Made by a program: the position numbers and the translations under genes | Assembly: GCF_006345805.1 (NCBI RefSeq) | Contig: NC_043014.1 | Coordinates: 36,580,001 to 36,644,000, forward strand | Direction: 5' to 3' | From: Octopus sinensis | Lineage: Eukaryota | DNA: 64,000 nt | Notes under the pieces: model-generated | Told to the model about the DNA's origin: nothing | What the model saw: only the letters and a program-made list of their open reading frames with translations | Databases searched by the model: none | Shown here: one piece after another, positions 52,423 through 64,000 of the stretch | How positions within the stretch are numbered: the stretch's first letter is position 1 | Layout of the letters: each line of letters opens with the position of its first letter

Positions 52423-53297
52423 TGGTTGTGAAAGAGCGAAAGAGCAGATTCTACCGTCATTTTGTCGTGTATATGTAAAGTATCAGTTAATATGATAGCC
52501 AGATGATTTTAAGTGGCGAAGGGTGGGTAGTACAGCCAGGCTATTTGAAAATACTAATAGCAGAAAGTTGTTGCAAATATTTTCCACAAACTCAACGAAC
52601 GACATATCTTAGGTTTACCTATTAGAGGTCTTCATCTCATATGTGAGTTCTCTTCGCCACGGTTTAGTACCTGCGCACTCGGTCACCAAACCAGAAATTT
52701 CTAAGTATCATGCATATATGCATATATAGAGATATGTGTGTGTGTGTGTCTGTATGCATGTATATATATGTATAAATATATATATAGATATATATAGATA
52801 TATTTATGTGTGTGTATGTGTGTGTGTGAAATATAACTTTCTTGAAAAGCACAACAATGCAGAGTTGACTATAGTAAATGCGATAATTTGACTATTCATA
52901 GTCTCTTATATTTCGAAATATAAAACGTTCTTCTTCACATATTGCTGAGAATTGATCGAGTCACAGCTATAATCGGTTTTCCAACGGTTACTGATACTTT
53001 GTTTTTGGAAGCGTCTCTGCAGTTGTCTCTCGAAGCTGCTTCCAGTCTCCTTATGAGATTTGTATGTGGGCGGCCATGTTTAGAGTTCGTGGTGTTAGCA
53101 TATCCGTAGCGCTGCTTCTAAGTTATGCATTATACGCGCAGTTTTTTTTTTATATATATATATATAATACATGAGCATACTAAAAGAAATGGATATACAT
53201 ACATCCACATGTAGCTAAATAATATATTGATTGCATGGGTTGGGTGTACAAGCAATTTAGGGAATCGGCACAGTGGGCTACAATATACTATATATGT

Positions 53298-53351
<54 letters not shown>

Positions 53352-53498
53352 AAGAAAATGCGAGTGTAAAAGGGCAATTAGGGCGAGATAGAAATATATA
53401 GTAAGCACAGGCACCCAAAGAATGTAAGTATGAGATCTAACACAGAAAGAATGAGTGTTGGAGCTGAAAAGAAAATACTGTCGTGAATCTTAACTTAC

Positions 53499-53547
53499 GG
53501 GCTGAATTGTAAGGAACCATCGTCAATATTAATATAACTAATAACAT
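53499..53547 (-). CDS. Signal-peptide exon (paralogue A)
   Basis: MLLVILILTMVPYNSA + C|GTAAGT. Confidence 0.72.
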
Positions 53548-53953
53548 CCCTGATCTTAACAGGTAGGTATTAGGCAGAAAGTAAAATGATCTCCGGCTTC
53601 CAGCAACACAATAAAACGAAAAGACGTGTCTGACTCGAAAATGAAGTCGAAATAGTCAAACAACAAAAACAGAGACAAAAAACTCAATATATGTAAGTGT
53701 GAATGAGAGATGGAGTGCAATTCGAAGTGTGAGTGAAGCTGAGATTGTTCCATTTTCTGTTTCATTCTCCTTCTGTCTGTCTGTCTCTCTCTTTCTCTCT
53801 CTATCTCTCTCTCTCTTTCTCTCTCTCCCTTATCCCTCTCTTTCTACTTCGAGAAGTAGACAGGTATATATAAAACAAAAAACAGATGAGAACAATTTAG
53901 AACAAGACACACACGCGCGCCTACACACACACGCTCACGCAACACGCGCGCCG

Positions 53954-53990
<37 letters not shown>

Positions 53991-54329
53991 CAAAAACACA
54001 CACACACCACAGAGCAGAGTGTGAATTTCAGCTTACTGTGTGAATGAGTGAGAAGAAAAGTAAAGTGATTAGGAAAGAGACGGCGACTAAGAACACGTGA
54101 GCGGGAAGAGAGGGAAAAACAAAGACGTGAACGTGAGAAAATCAACAAAGAAGTGATAGGATGAAAGAATATAACAAACACCAAGAGGAAAAGAGAGAGC
54201 GAACGACAGGGAGAGAGAGAGAGAGAGGAAGAGACAGACTGATAGTATGATTTAAGCGGCACATTTTCTTTATGTGTTGAGATATCTTAATATATTTCCT
54301 TATTGGCTTTCAAAGAGCCTCGGAAGCAG

Positions 54330-54780
54330 AGGCTAAACGTTCTGCCTTAACAACGTCCTGAATTTTCTTCATGCTCAATTGCTTCATGTAAAACTCGGTC
54401 GTTGGTGATGTCAGGTTTATGAGGTTTATATCTTGTCCATACTCCTTTTTTTTTTTTTTGCAGGGTCACCCAGGAAGTCGAGAATAAAATGTATTCCCTC
54501 CACCCACCGAGCATTCGAGAAAGCCACTTCACGAGTAGCTTTTTGGTAGAGCCAAATAAGTCAGAAACGAAAGCTGTACTTCTCTGACTCCTTTCTCTTC
54601 GAATTCCATGACATTCTTCCTAAGAATGTCTTAATAGGTTGCTGTTCCTCATCACTGGATCCTTTGTACTGCATTCCCAGTTCCTGCAACTGTTGTATTT
54701 GGTAACCCAGAAGATTTTGTTGCATAATTTCGTGGAGTTACCTAACATCGATGAAGCTTCACCTGGAAAATCAATATGCA
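54330..54780 (-). mobile_element. Hero-like LINE relic
   Basis: Aligns with 3440-3800 and 39900-40150. Confidence 0.65.
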
Positions 54781-54799
54781 ACGTTTACAACGATGTTTT

Positions 54800-56830
54800 G
54801 CAACACCCTAGTAGGATACCTTCTTGGCTAGTTAATGGTTTGGCATTCTGCTTCCAAAAAGTGAAGAAACAAATGAACCAAAAAACTATAGACCCATAAC
54901 CTGCTTAACAACTATGTATAAAAGGCTAACATCTGCCCTGACTGAATACACCAATAGTGTTTTAATAGAAAGCAGCATATTCCCTAATTATAGTTGTAAA
55001 GATCAGCTACTCATCAATAAAATGATCTTAGAAGATTGTCACAAACGACGCAAAAACTTGTCAATAGCCAAGATAGACTATAAAAAAGCTTTTGATAGCC
55101 TACAACATAGCTGGATTAAGAAATGCCTGGAAATGTATAAAATAGCGCCTACACTGCGAAACTTTTTGTCTGTAAGTATGAGATCATGGAGAACCACACT
55201 AACTTTGAACAGTGACAATGAATCTCTAAATGCTGGTGATGTAAAAACTTAATGTGGCATTTCCCAGGGTGATTCACTATCACCACTCCTCTTTTGTTTA
55301 GCCTTAATACCTTTCTCAAAATTGCTCAATGATGCACAGTACAGTACGGTTATAAAAGTTTGATAAAAATATAAACCATCTCATTTACATGGATGATTTA
55401 AAGCTCTTTGCAAAAAATGACCAACAACTCAAGGGCTTATTAGCAATTGTTAAACAATTCAGTGATGACATCAGAATGCAATTTGGCCTCGATTAATGTA
55501 CAAAAGCTACCTTTATCAAAGGAAAATGACAGAAACATCTAACGTTAACCGTGACCAGCAGAATGTCATCAAAGAGTTAGACCAAGCAGAGAGCTACAAG
55601 TACCTAGGAGTAATTGAAGGGGACGGAATAAGGCATTCAGTGATGAAAGAAAGGATCAGGAGAGATTGTTATCGCAGAGTAAGAGCAATACTCAAGACAG
55701 AGCTGAATGCGAGAAACAGGATCGAAGCGATCAATGTTTTGGCCATACCAGTCGTGACTTACAGTTTCAATATCGTTAACTGATCAATTACTGAAATATA
55801 TCAGCTCGACAGGAAAATAAGAAAACTGTTGACAATGCATAGAATGCACCACCCTAAGGCAGATACAGAACGACTTTATCTGCCAAGAAAAGAGGGAGGC
55901 CGTGAACTTTTACAACTGACAATAACAATGAAGATTGCTACAATTGGCCTAGACACCTACCTGAAAAACTCTGAGGACGATGTTAAAATTTTTCTCAAAA
56001 CATGAAAACAAGAAAGCATCATACTCAGTAACAAAACAGGCAAAGGAATATCTAAGTGAATTCCGAATACAACAAATTTCGGAATTAGACATACAAGACA
56101 CAAACGCAGCAAAAGCTAAGAGCATGAAAAACCGTGCTAAAACTGCCGCCTTAGATATTCTGATTGATAAATGGCAAGAAAAACCTCTCAATGGCAAATA
56201 CCCAAAGAGATCGAATAATGCCGATGTTGACAAAGCCCTCACCCATCAATGGCTAATGGCCTCTGGCTTAAAATCTGAAACAGAAGGGTTTATCATAGAA
56301 GGAACTACCAGGCCAACATATTAAACAACGGCAGTAGCCCAACATGTCGTGTATGCCGACAACAAAATGAAACCATTGACCATGTTGTCTCCAAATGCAG
56401 TCTTCTAGCGCCTACAGAGTACCTCAGTAGGCATGATAGAGCTGCACAATATATTCACTGGGTAATTTGCAAAAACCTGGATTTGCCCCATGAAAAAAAC
56501 TGGTGGGAACACAATCCACCTCCTGTGTTTGAAAATGACCACATCTCACTCCTCTGGAACTTCACCATTCAAACTGACAGGAAGATAGATGCAAATAGGC
56601 CAGACATTATATTGAAAGACTTCAGACAAAGAACATGCCTCCTCATTGATATGACTGTCCCAATCGATATAAACATATCTGTCAAGACCTACCAAAAACT
56701 GAGCAAATATAAAGATCTTGAAATAGAAATCAGAAAAATGTGGAACCTGAAGACTAAAACAATACCTGTTGTCATAGGTGCCCTGGGAATGATAGCAAAA
56801 GAGGCTGATGCTGCATTTTTAAAGAACAAT
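54800..56830 (+). mobile_element. R4/Dong-clade LINE, RT + CCHC + RLE, frameshifted
   Basis: NYRPITCL, IDYKKAFDS, GIxQGDSLSPLLF, YMDDLKL, YKYLG, CRVC..ETIDHVVSKC, NRPDIILKD...LIDMTVP, IPVVIGALG. Confidence 0.95.
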
Positions 56831-57069
56831 GTTTAAGAGAAGCAGAGGATCGGCGGGCGCTTTCTGCCTTCTCCCATCTTTATCATTTTGGGATCATTCG
56901 CCTCATTAATGTCTATGTCCAGCCCGCAAAGCTACCCATCTTTGTGCTGCCTCTACGGCAAATGAAATGAAATAAGTTTAGCCTCTCCTACCGGGTTTCT
57001 TTGCAGTAGCCTACTGAAGCCAATAAGGGAAAATATTAAGATATTTCAACAAATACTTCATACTATCAG

Positions 57070-57448
57070 TGGAGGCGCAATGGCCCAGTGGTTAGGGCAG
57101 CGGACTCGCGGTCATAGGATCGCGGTTTCGATTCCCATACCGGGCGTTGTGAGTGTTTATTGAGCGAAAACACCTAAAGCTCCACGAGGCTCCGGCAGGG
57201 GATGGTGGTGATCCCTGCTGTACTCTTTCACCACAACTGTCTCTCACTCTTACTTCCTGTTTCTGTTGTACCTGTATTTCAAAGGGCCGGCCTTGTCACT
57301 CTGTGTGTCACGCTGAATCTCCCCGGGAACTGCGTTAAGGGTGCACGTGTCTGTGGAGTGCTCAGCCACTTACACGTTAATTTCACGAGCAGGCTGTTCC
57401 GTTGATTCGGATCAACCGGAACCCTCATCGTCGTAACCGACGGAGTGC
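57070..57448 (+). mobile_element. tRNA-derived SINE
   Basis: GGAGGCGCAATGGCCCAGTGGTTAGGGCAG...GTTTCGATTCCC; matches 12003-12389. Confidence 0.85.
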
Positions 57449-57487
57449 TTCAGAACATACTATCATTGCATTCTGTCTGCCTGTCTC

Positions 57488-57541
<54 letters not shown>

Positions 57542-57738
57542 CGAACTCTCTTTTTTCCTCTTGGTGTAAGTTATATTCTTTCATTCTATCACTTCTTTGT
57601 CAATTTTCTCATGTTCACATCTTTACTTCTCGCTCTTCCTTCTCTCGTATTCTTAGTCGCCGTCTTTTCCCTAATCACTTTACTTTTCCCCTCACTCATT
57701 CATTCACTCACTGTGCTGAAATTCACTCTCTGCTCTGT

Positions 57739-57789
<51 letters not shown>

Positions 57790-58241
57790 GTGTATGTGTG
57801 TGTGCCATCGCGCGTGTTGCGTGAGCGTGTGTGTGTAGGCGCGCATGTGTATCTTGTTCTAAGCCTCTTTCAATCTGTTTTTTGTTTTATATATATATAT
57901 ATTCTACCTGTCTACACCTCGAAGCAAAAAGAGGGGGATAAGAGAGAGAGAGAGACAGAGACAGAGAGGGAGAGAGAGGAAGAGATAGAGAGACAAAGAA
58001 AGAGAGAGACAGAAACAAGGAGAATGAAACAGAAAATGGAACAATCTCAGCTTCACTCACACTTCGAATTACACTCCTTCTCTCATTCACACTTACATAT
58101 ATTGAGTTTTTGTCTCTGTTTTTGTTGTTTGACTATTTCGACTTCACTTTTCGAGTCAGACACGTCTTTTCGTTTTATTGAGTTGCTGGGAGCCGAAGAT
58201 CATTTCACTTTCTGTCTAATACCTACCTGTTAAGATCAGGG

Positions 58242-58290
58242 ATGTTATTAGTTATATTAATATTGATGATGGTTCCTTACAATTCAGCCC
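58242..58290 (+). CDS. Signal-peptide exon, inverted copy, intact
   Basis: MLLVILILMMVPYNSA + C|GTAAGT on the plus strand; no plus-strand V exon seen in the window. Confidence 0.6.
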
Positions 58291-58441
58291 GTAAGTTAAG
58301 ATTCACGACAGTATTTTCTTTTCAGCTCCAACACTCAATCTTTCTCTGTTAGATCTCATACTTACATTCTTTGGGTGCCTGTGCCTACTATATTTTTCAA
58401 TCTCCCCTAATTACCCTTCTTTACTCGTATTTTCTTCTGCA

Positions 58442-58500
<59 letters not shown>

Positions 58501-59028
58501 ATACACACACATACACACACACATATAGTATACTGTAGCCCACTGTGCCGATTCCCTAAATTGCTTGTACACCCAACCCATGCAAACAATATATTATTTA
58601 GCTACATGTGGATGTATGTATATCCATTTCTTTTAGTATGCTCATGTATTATATATATACATAAAAAAACTGCACGTATAATGCATAACTTAGAAGCTTC
58701 GCCGCGGATATCCTAACACCACGAGCTCTAAACATGGCTGCCCTTCACGTAATTCTCATGAGGAATTCCCGAACGAGCTTCGAGAGATCACTGCAGAGAC
58801 GCTCCCGAAAACAAATTGTCAGTAACCGGTGGAAAACCGATTATAGCTGTGACTGTCACTCGATCAATTCTCAGCAATATCTGAAGTAGGAATTTTTATA
58901 TTTCGAAATATTATAAAAGACTATGAATAATTGAATTATAGCATTGTTGTGCCTTTCAAGGACGTTATATTTCATAAATGTATATATACACATATATATA
59001 TATATATATATATGAATGTATATATATG

Positions 59029-59118
<90 letters not shown>

Positions 59119-60478
59119 TGTGTGTGTATGTATTAATGTCAGGTTACTTTCGAGTGCTACTGGTAACATGTAACCCAATACAACCTGTTGCATGGTCGGG
59201 TCGTCGGCGACTAAGCTGGCAACCCCACCAAGCTTGCTTGGTGAGGAGGGTGTTTATTGGACACCCTGCAGGATGAAAAACACAACTCGTCAAATGGCAG
59301 AGAAACTCTTGAGAGTCAACGGCCATCCAATAAATGTCTTAAGGCTGTATCATGCGCGGGGACATAGAAATAATCGGACTGAATACCCGATCGCGCGGTT
59401 AAACCATTGGGAGTGAAGGACTCCTAGCCTTTGTTAGGGCATCCTTCTAAGAGAAGGTAACTCAGGTAACTGGGATAACTCCGATATAAAACCTGCGGTT
59501 CAGTGGTTACCGATGATGTTGACTTGTTCTTCTTTTCGGATTATGGCTGCTGTTGCTTAGTGAGTGGGATTGACTCAGTGCACAGCCTTTCCTCACTTAA
59601 AAAAAATCTTCTTGCACGGGCATTGCACGATAATAACATTGATTAAGCTTCGTGCAATGGCCATACTCGATAACGAGGGGGCAATTACCATGTATTAATG
59701 TATGTATGTATATATATACACACACACACACACACACGCACACCTCTCTCTATATATATACATATATGCTGGAGTACTGAGAAATTTCTGGTGTGGTGAC
59801 CGAGTGCGCAGGTAGATTACCAGGGTAAGTTGAAATCTAAACCGTGGCGAAGAGAACTGACGTACGAGATGAAGACCTCAAATAGAAAAACCTGAGATAT
59901 GTCGTTAGTTGCATCATTGGAAAATATTTGCAACAACTTTCTGCTATTGGTATTTTCAAATAGCCTGGCTGTACTACACACTCTTCGCCACTTAAAATCA
60001 TCTGGCTATCATCTTAACTGATACTTTACATATACACGATGAAATGACGGTAGAATATGCTTTTTTGCTCTTTCACTCTCACCGATCCTGTCCCCTGCGC
60101 TCGCGTACACAAACACAATGCATACATATTGTAGCCCCCTTTGCCGATTCCCTTAATGTGCTTGTACATCCAACTCAATGCAGAATAGTTCAGCAGATAA
60201 AATTCGTCCACCTAGCATCTGAAACGAGTGGCAGTAGTTTGAACTCAATTTATGCCGTATGAGTCAGACAACAGCTAAAGATGTGGCTGATAGTCGTATG
60301 ACAGCAATGACAGCGCCCAATGTTGCTTATAGATTTGCCAGGTGCAGCTTCATCGATGTTAGGTAACCCCAAGAAATTATGAAACAAAATCTTCTGGGTT
60401 ACCAAGTACAATTTTGTGTTGCTGGGAGTCGAAGATCATTTCCCTTTCTGCCTAATACCTTACCTGTTAAGATCAGGG

Positions 60479-60527
60479 ATGTTATTAGTTATATTAATAT
60501 TGATTATGGTTCCTTACAATTCAGCCA
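60479..60527 (+). pseudogene. Leader-exon copy with lost donor (inverted)
   Basis: MLLVILILIMVPYNSA followed by ATAAAT; mirror of 51981-52029. Confidence 0.7.
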
Positions 60528-60989
60528 ATAAATTAAGCTTCAAGAAAATATTTTCTTTTCAGCTCCAACATTGCATCCTTCTTTTTTAGATCTCATACTT
60601 ACATTCATTGGGTGCCTGTGCTTACTATATTGTTCTATCTCCCCCTAATTGCCCTTTTTCACTCATAAATACACACACGCACACATACACACACACACAT
60701 ATACACACACACACAAACACACACACACACTGCGGCATGCAAACGCACGCACAGACACGTGCACATTATTAAGTCGCCGTTCATGACGACGCAATGATCA
60801 AATGGAGCAACCAAGGCCACAATACTCGTATTGCGGTCATAAGAGATGTGATACTTTCGCCACAAGACGCGCTGTACATACAAACATATATACGTGTTCG
60901 AGCTTAGTTTGAAGAATTCTTGTCCCATCTCTTCGTGAATTGTTTGATGTAATGGTGAACAGTCAATGGTATAGGAGAAAATAATGATG

Positions 60990-61760
60990 AGAGTTCTGGT
61001 TGTTGAGAAGTTAGCTGACATGGTAGACTGGAAGCCATCTGAATACTGGAAAAGAGATGCCTGTTCCACGTTGATTCGCGACGGATATCAAAATGTCGAT
61101 ATTATGAGTGTTGCTCAATGGTTTGTGAACGCTGTAAACGTTATAAGACGTAACATGGATTTCATGTAAACCAAGTGACCCCAAAATATGATGGTTTTGT
61201 GTGTGTATGCTTTTTGTATGTGCCTCTAGTGAGGGTGACCTCACTGAAGTGAGCCTTAGGCCTTAAACGGAGCCTTAGGTTTTGAACTGAGTCGTGGGCT
61301 CAATTCAGATGGCTAGGTGAAGCTGCTGGAGATTATGGTCAAACCGTTCTGGAGTTGGTTGCTGCTGAAAGGCTATATGTGTGTCAGCAGGATTCGGCTC
61401 TTTGTCACACTTCCGGAAAAAAGTCAGAGGTGGTGGTCAGAGAAGTGGTAGTTGGAGAAGTTCTATAATTTCACCAGTCTCAGTTTCTGGCCTCTTAATT
61501 CTCCCAGTTGTGATGTCATGGAATATTACGTGCAGAGTTTAGTTAAAAAAGACACCAGCTGCTTTTGCCTGCTGCAACGAGGCTGAGCGCGTAACCAAGT
61601 TCGGAAAGATGTCTGAAGACGTTCTTCCCAGGGACTCAGTGATAAACGCATGCGTCACACCCCGGAGCAGTCTCGAGGCCGTAGTGGAAGCTGAAGCAGC
61701 AATCTTCATTAAAAAATTATCTCCCAGCCTTAATCTAGTTGATAATTCCTGTTTTAAAAT
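60990..61760 (+). mobile_element. Tc1/mariner (maT/DD37D-like) degenerate transposase
   Basis: KPSEYWKR, YVCQQDSALCHTS, FWPLNSPSCDVMEYYV, SSLEAVVEAE. Confidence 0.7.
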
Positions 61761-62788
61761 ACATTTATTTTGAAAAGAATATTGTGTTTTCATTTTGTGC
61801 CAACTGTTAAATTTATTCCAAACAGCCTAAAAATGTGCATTTGTCTGTGTGCGTGTGTAAGTGCGTGTGCGTGGTGTGTGTGTGTGTGCTGTGTGTGTGT
61901 GTGTGTGTATATGCACGTAATTATATGTTTATATAATGTATATGTATATGTATATACATATATATATATATACACACCATACACACACAAACACACACAC
62001 GCATACATATATATATATATATATATTGTAAATATCGGATAAAATCTTTATAAGAACTTATCAAGTAGTTAGCGTGAAAGACCTCATAAGGGAAAAATTT
62101 ATTTATTATTCCCTATAAATATATTTATTTATACTAAGGGCATTACTATACATAAATGCCTCACGCTACGAGCGAATCTTAAAGTCAATACTACCATAAT
62201 ATCCACATTGTACCGAACGTGAGGAAATGCAACTCTCGAACCGAGCCTCCTAAAATAGATTTAGCTGCATATCATATGATTTCCTAATTAGTGCACAAAA
62301 TGCACTATTTACTCGTCAGTACAAGCATAGTCAAGACATAAAAATAAACATACCAAACTAGTTGATTTTTGTTTATTTTTCTAGTCTCTTATAATATTTC
62401 GAAATATGAAAATTCTTTCTTCAGATATTGCTGAGAATTGATCGAGTCACGGCTATAACCGGTTTTCCTACGGTTACTGAAATTTTGTTTTCGGAAGTGT
62501 CTCTGCAGTGGTCTCAGGAAGCTCGTTTCGGAATTCATTATGAAAATTGCGTGAGGTGGCCATGTTTACAGCTCATGTGCGTTAGCATATCCGCAACACT
62601 GCTTCTAAGTTATGCATTATACGTCCATTTTTTTTATATAATACATGAGCATGTTAAAAGAAATGGATATACACGCATCCACATGTAGCTAAATAATATA
62701 TTGTTTGCATGGGTTGGGTGTACAAGCAATTTAGGGAATCGGCACAGTGGGCTACAATACATTGAATGTGTGTGTGTGTGTGTGTGTG

Positions 62789-62834
<46 letters not shown>

Positions 62835-63350
62835 AGAAGAAAATGCGGATCTTTTCACTTTGACCGGCAAATTTTAAAAATAATTTTTGTAACTAGTCAC
62901 TTTTAAACTTCGTATGCTGGTAGAACATCGTTTTCTCTTGGCTTTCTTGCGAAAATTCTGTAGTTTGTAAGCTATTTGTTGTTAAAATTCTTGCATTTCG
63001 GCAATTTCAACAAATCAATGACGTCTATTTCACCGTTGCCATGTTGATAGCCAAAACAAGAAATAACGTTGCTAAGATTCTCGTTTGGTTTATGGTAAGG
63101 TGCATATAATCTTACTTTTCAGCCTGGTACATGTAGAAAAGGAGCAGGTCTGTAATCCGTTTCTATTGTGACTGATGAGCCAAACTTTACGAAGAATTTA
63201 AACGACATTTTCCTATAACTTTCTAGTTCTGCTAAACCATGCATATCAATGTAAAAGAGAGTGTCATCCCTATATATGCCTTCCCTAATTTAGTTGGAAA
63301 AAGATAGAGACTATTTACCTATAGGTGAAACTTTGTTTTATTATATCTAC

Positions 63351-63518
63351 TTAGATGCATATGCTTGGACACGTATGTACAAATATATATTGCACACATA
63401 CAATCAGACATATTCTTATAATGTTTTCAGCATCAGAAAACAACGAACGGTAACTGAAGAAAGCACTCAGTGTGTAGTGTAGAGTCAAATATTTATATCC
63501 GGGGAAAACGTGAGTTGG
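63351..63518 (-). CDS. Candidate terminal exon (copy 2)
   Basis: 168-nt open frame ending ...[25 protein letters not shown], followed by AATAAA; paralogue of 20501-20668. Confidence 0.3.
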   Translation of the reverse strand, partial: PTHVFPGYKYLTLHYTLSAFFSYRSLFSDAENIIRICLIVCVQYIFVHTCPSICI

Positions 63519-63593
63519 CTGTTACTTGAAAGATTCGCTGAATCAGCAGTAAGCTGAAAAAGAAAGGAAGTTTTGTTAATTGAGAAAGAAACG

Positions 63594-63624
<31 letters not shown>

Positions 63625-64000
63625 TGTATGTATGTATGTATGTATGTATGTATGTATGTATATATGTATATATGTATGTATGTATGTATGCGTTGCTTAC
63701 CCATGCTTTTTAACTGAACTGAATTAAGCTTTGTAAGTGTTTGAGTAAAAGAGGATCAGAAGCGTAAGTAAATGACAGCTAAAAGTAGACCTGATCGGTG
63801 TCTACGACAGACGCATTTGAGTAAAGTTTGTATTTGACTAAATAAATAATTATTCAAATAATAATCATGATTATGATAAAGAAAGTGAACAAAATATTGC
63901 ATAGGATAGCATAGAAAATATTGCATAGAATTTGAGAAATATCTTCAACGTCTTTCAATTCTGGCAGGCACATCAAACGTTCGTTGTAAGATATAAATAA

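Noticed and set aside
57445-58233. 262-aa ORF, one of the longest in the window
   Set aside because: Runs through (CT)n, (TG)n and (GA)n tracts of the promoter block; frame is not conserved in the paralogous copies.
59150-59660. GC-richer insert, possible structured ncRNA
   Set aside because: Present in only one arm of the inverted duplication and looks like a LINE 5'UTR-type insertion; no RNA family motif recognised.

Overview
AT-rich, microsatellite-dense animal genomic DNA. The SINE families and simple-repeat content resemble an octopod cephalopod (inference). Most ORF-track entries are microsatellite artefacts. Transposon debris dominates: Penelope-like elements, R4/Dong, Hero, RTE and CR1 LINEs, mariner/Tigger/maT DNA transposons, Helitrons, tRNA-derived SINEs and a family of TIR elements with 8-bp target-site duplications. 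Within it lies a tandem cluster of minus-strand immunoglobulin-superfamily (IgSF) genes. There are six copies of a 49-nt signal-peptide exon (MLL..PY[N/T]SA + phase-1 donor; four with intact GTAAGT), two divergent five-cysteine V-like exons (13045-13368 and 35504-35821, both phase 1-1) and one frameshifted C2-like exon (32104-32402). One model splices cleanly: leader 39046-39094 > V 35504-35821 > C2. A collinear paralogue (leader 53499-53547) runs into the 100-N gap where its V exon is predicted. The promoter/leader module is also duplicated head-to-head (51.85-54.26 kb vs 57.46-60.66 kb). A 416-bp palindrome in the V-C2 intron carries a hammerhead ribozyme motif on each strand. No CRISPR or rRNA was seen. 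All alignments were done by eye.
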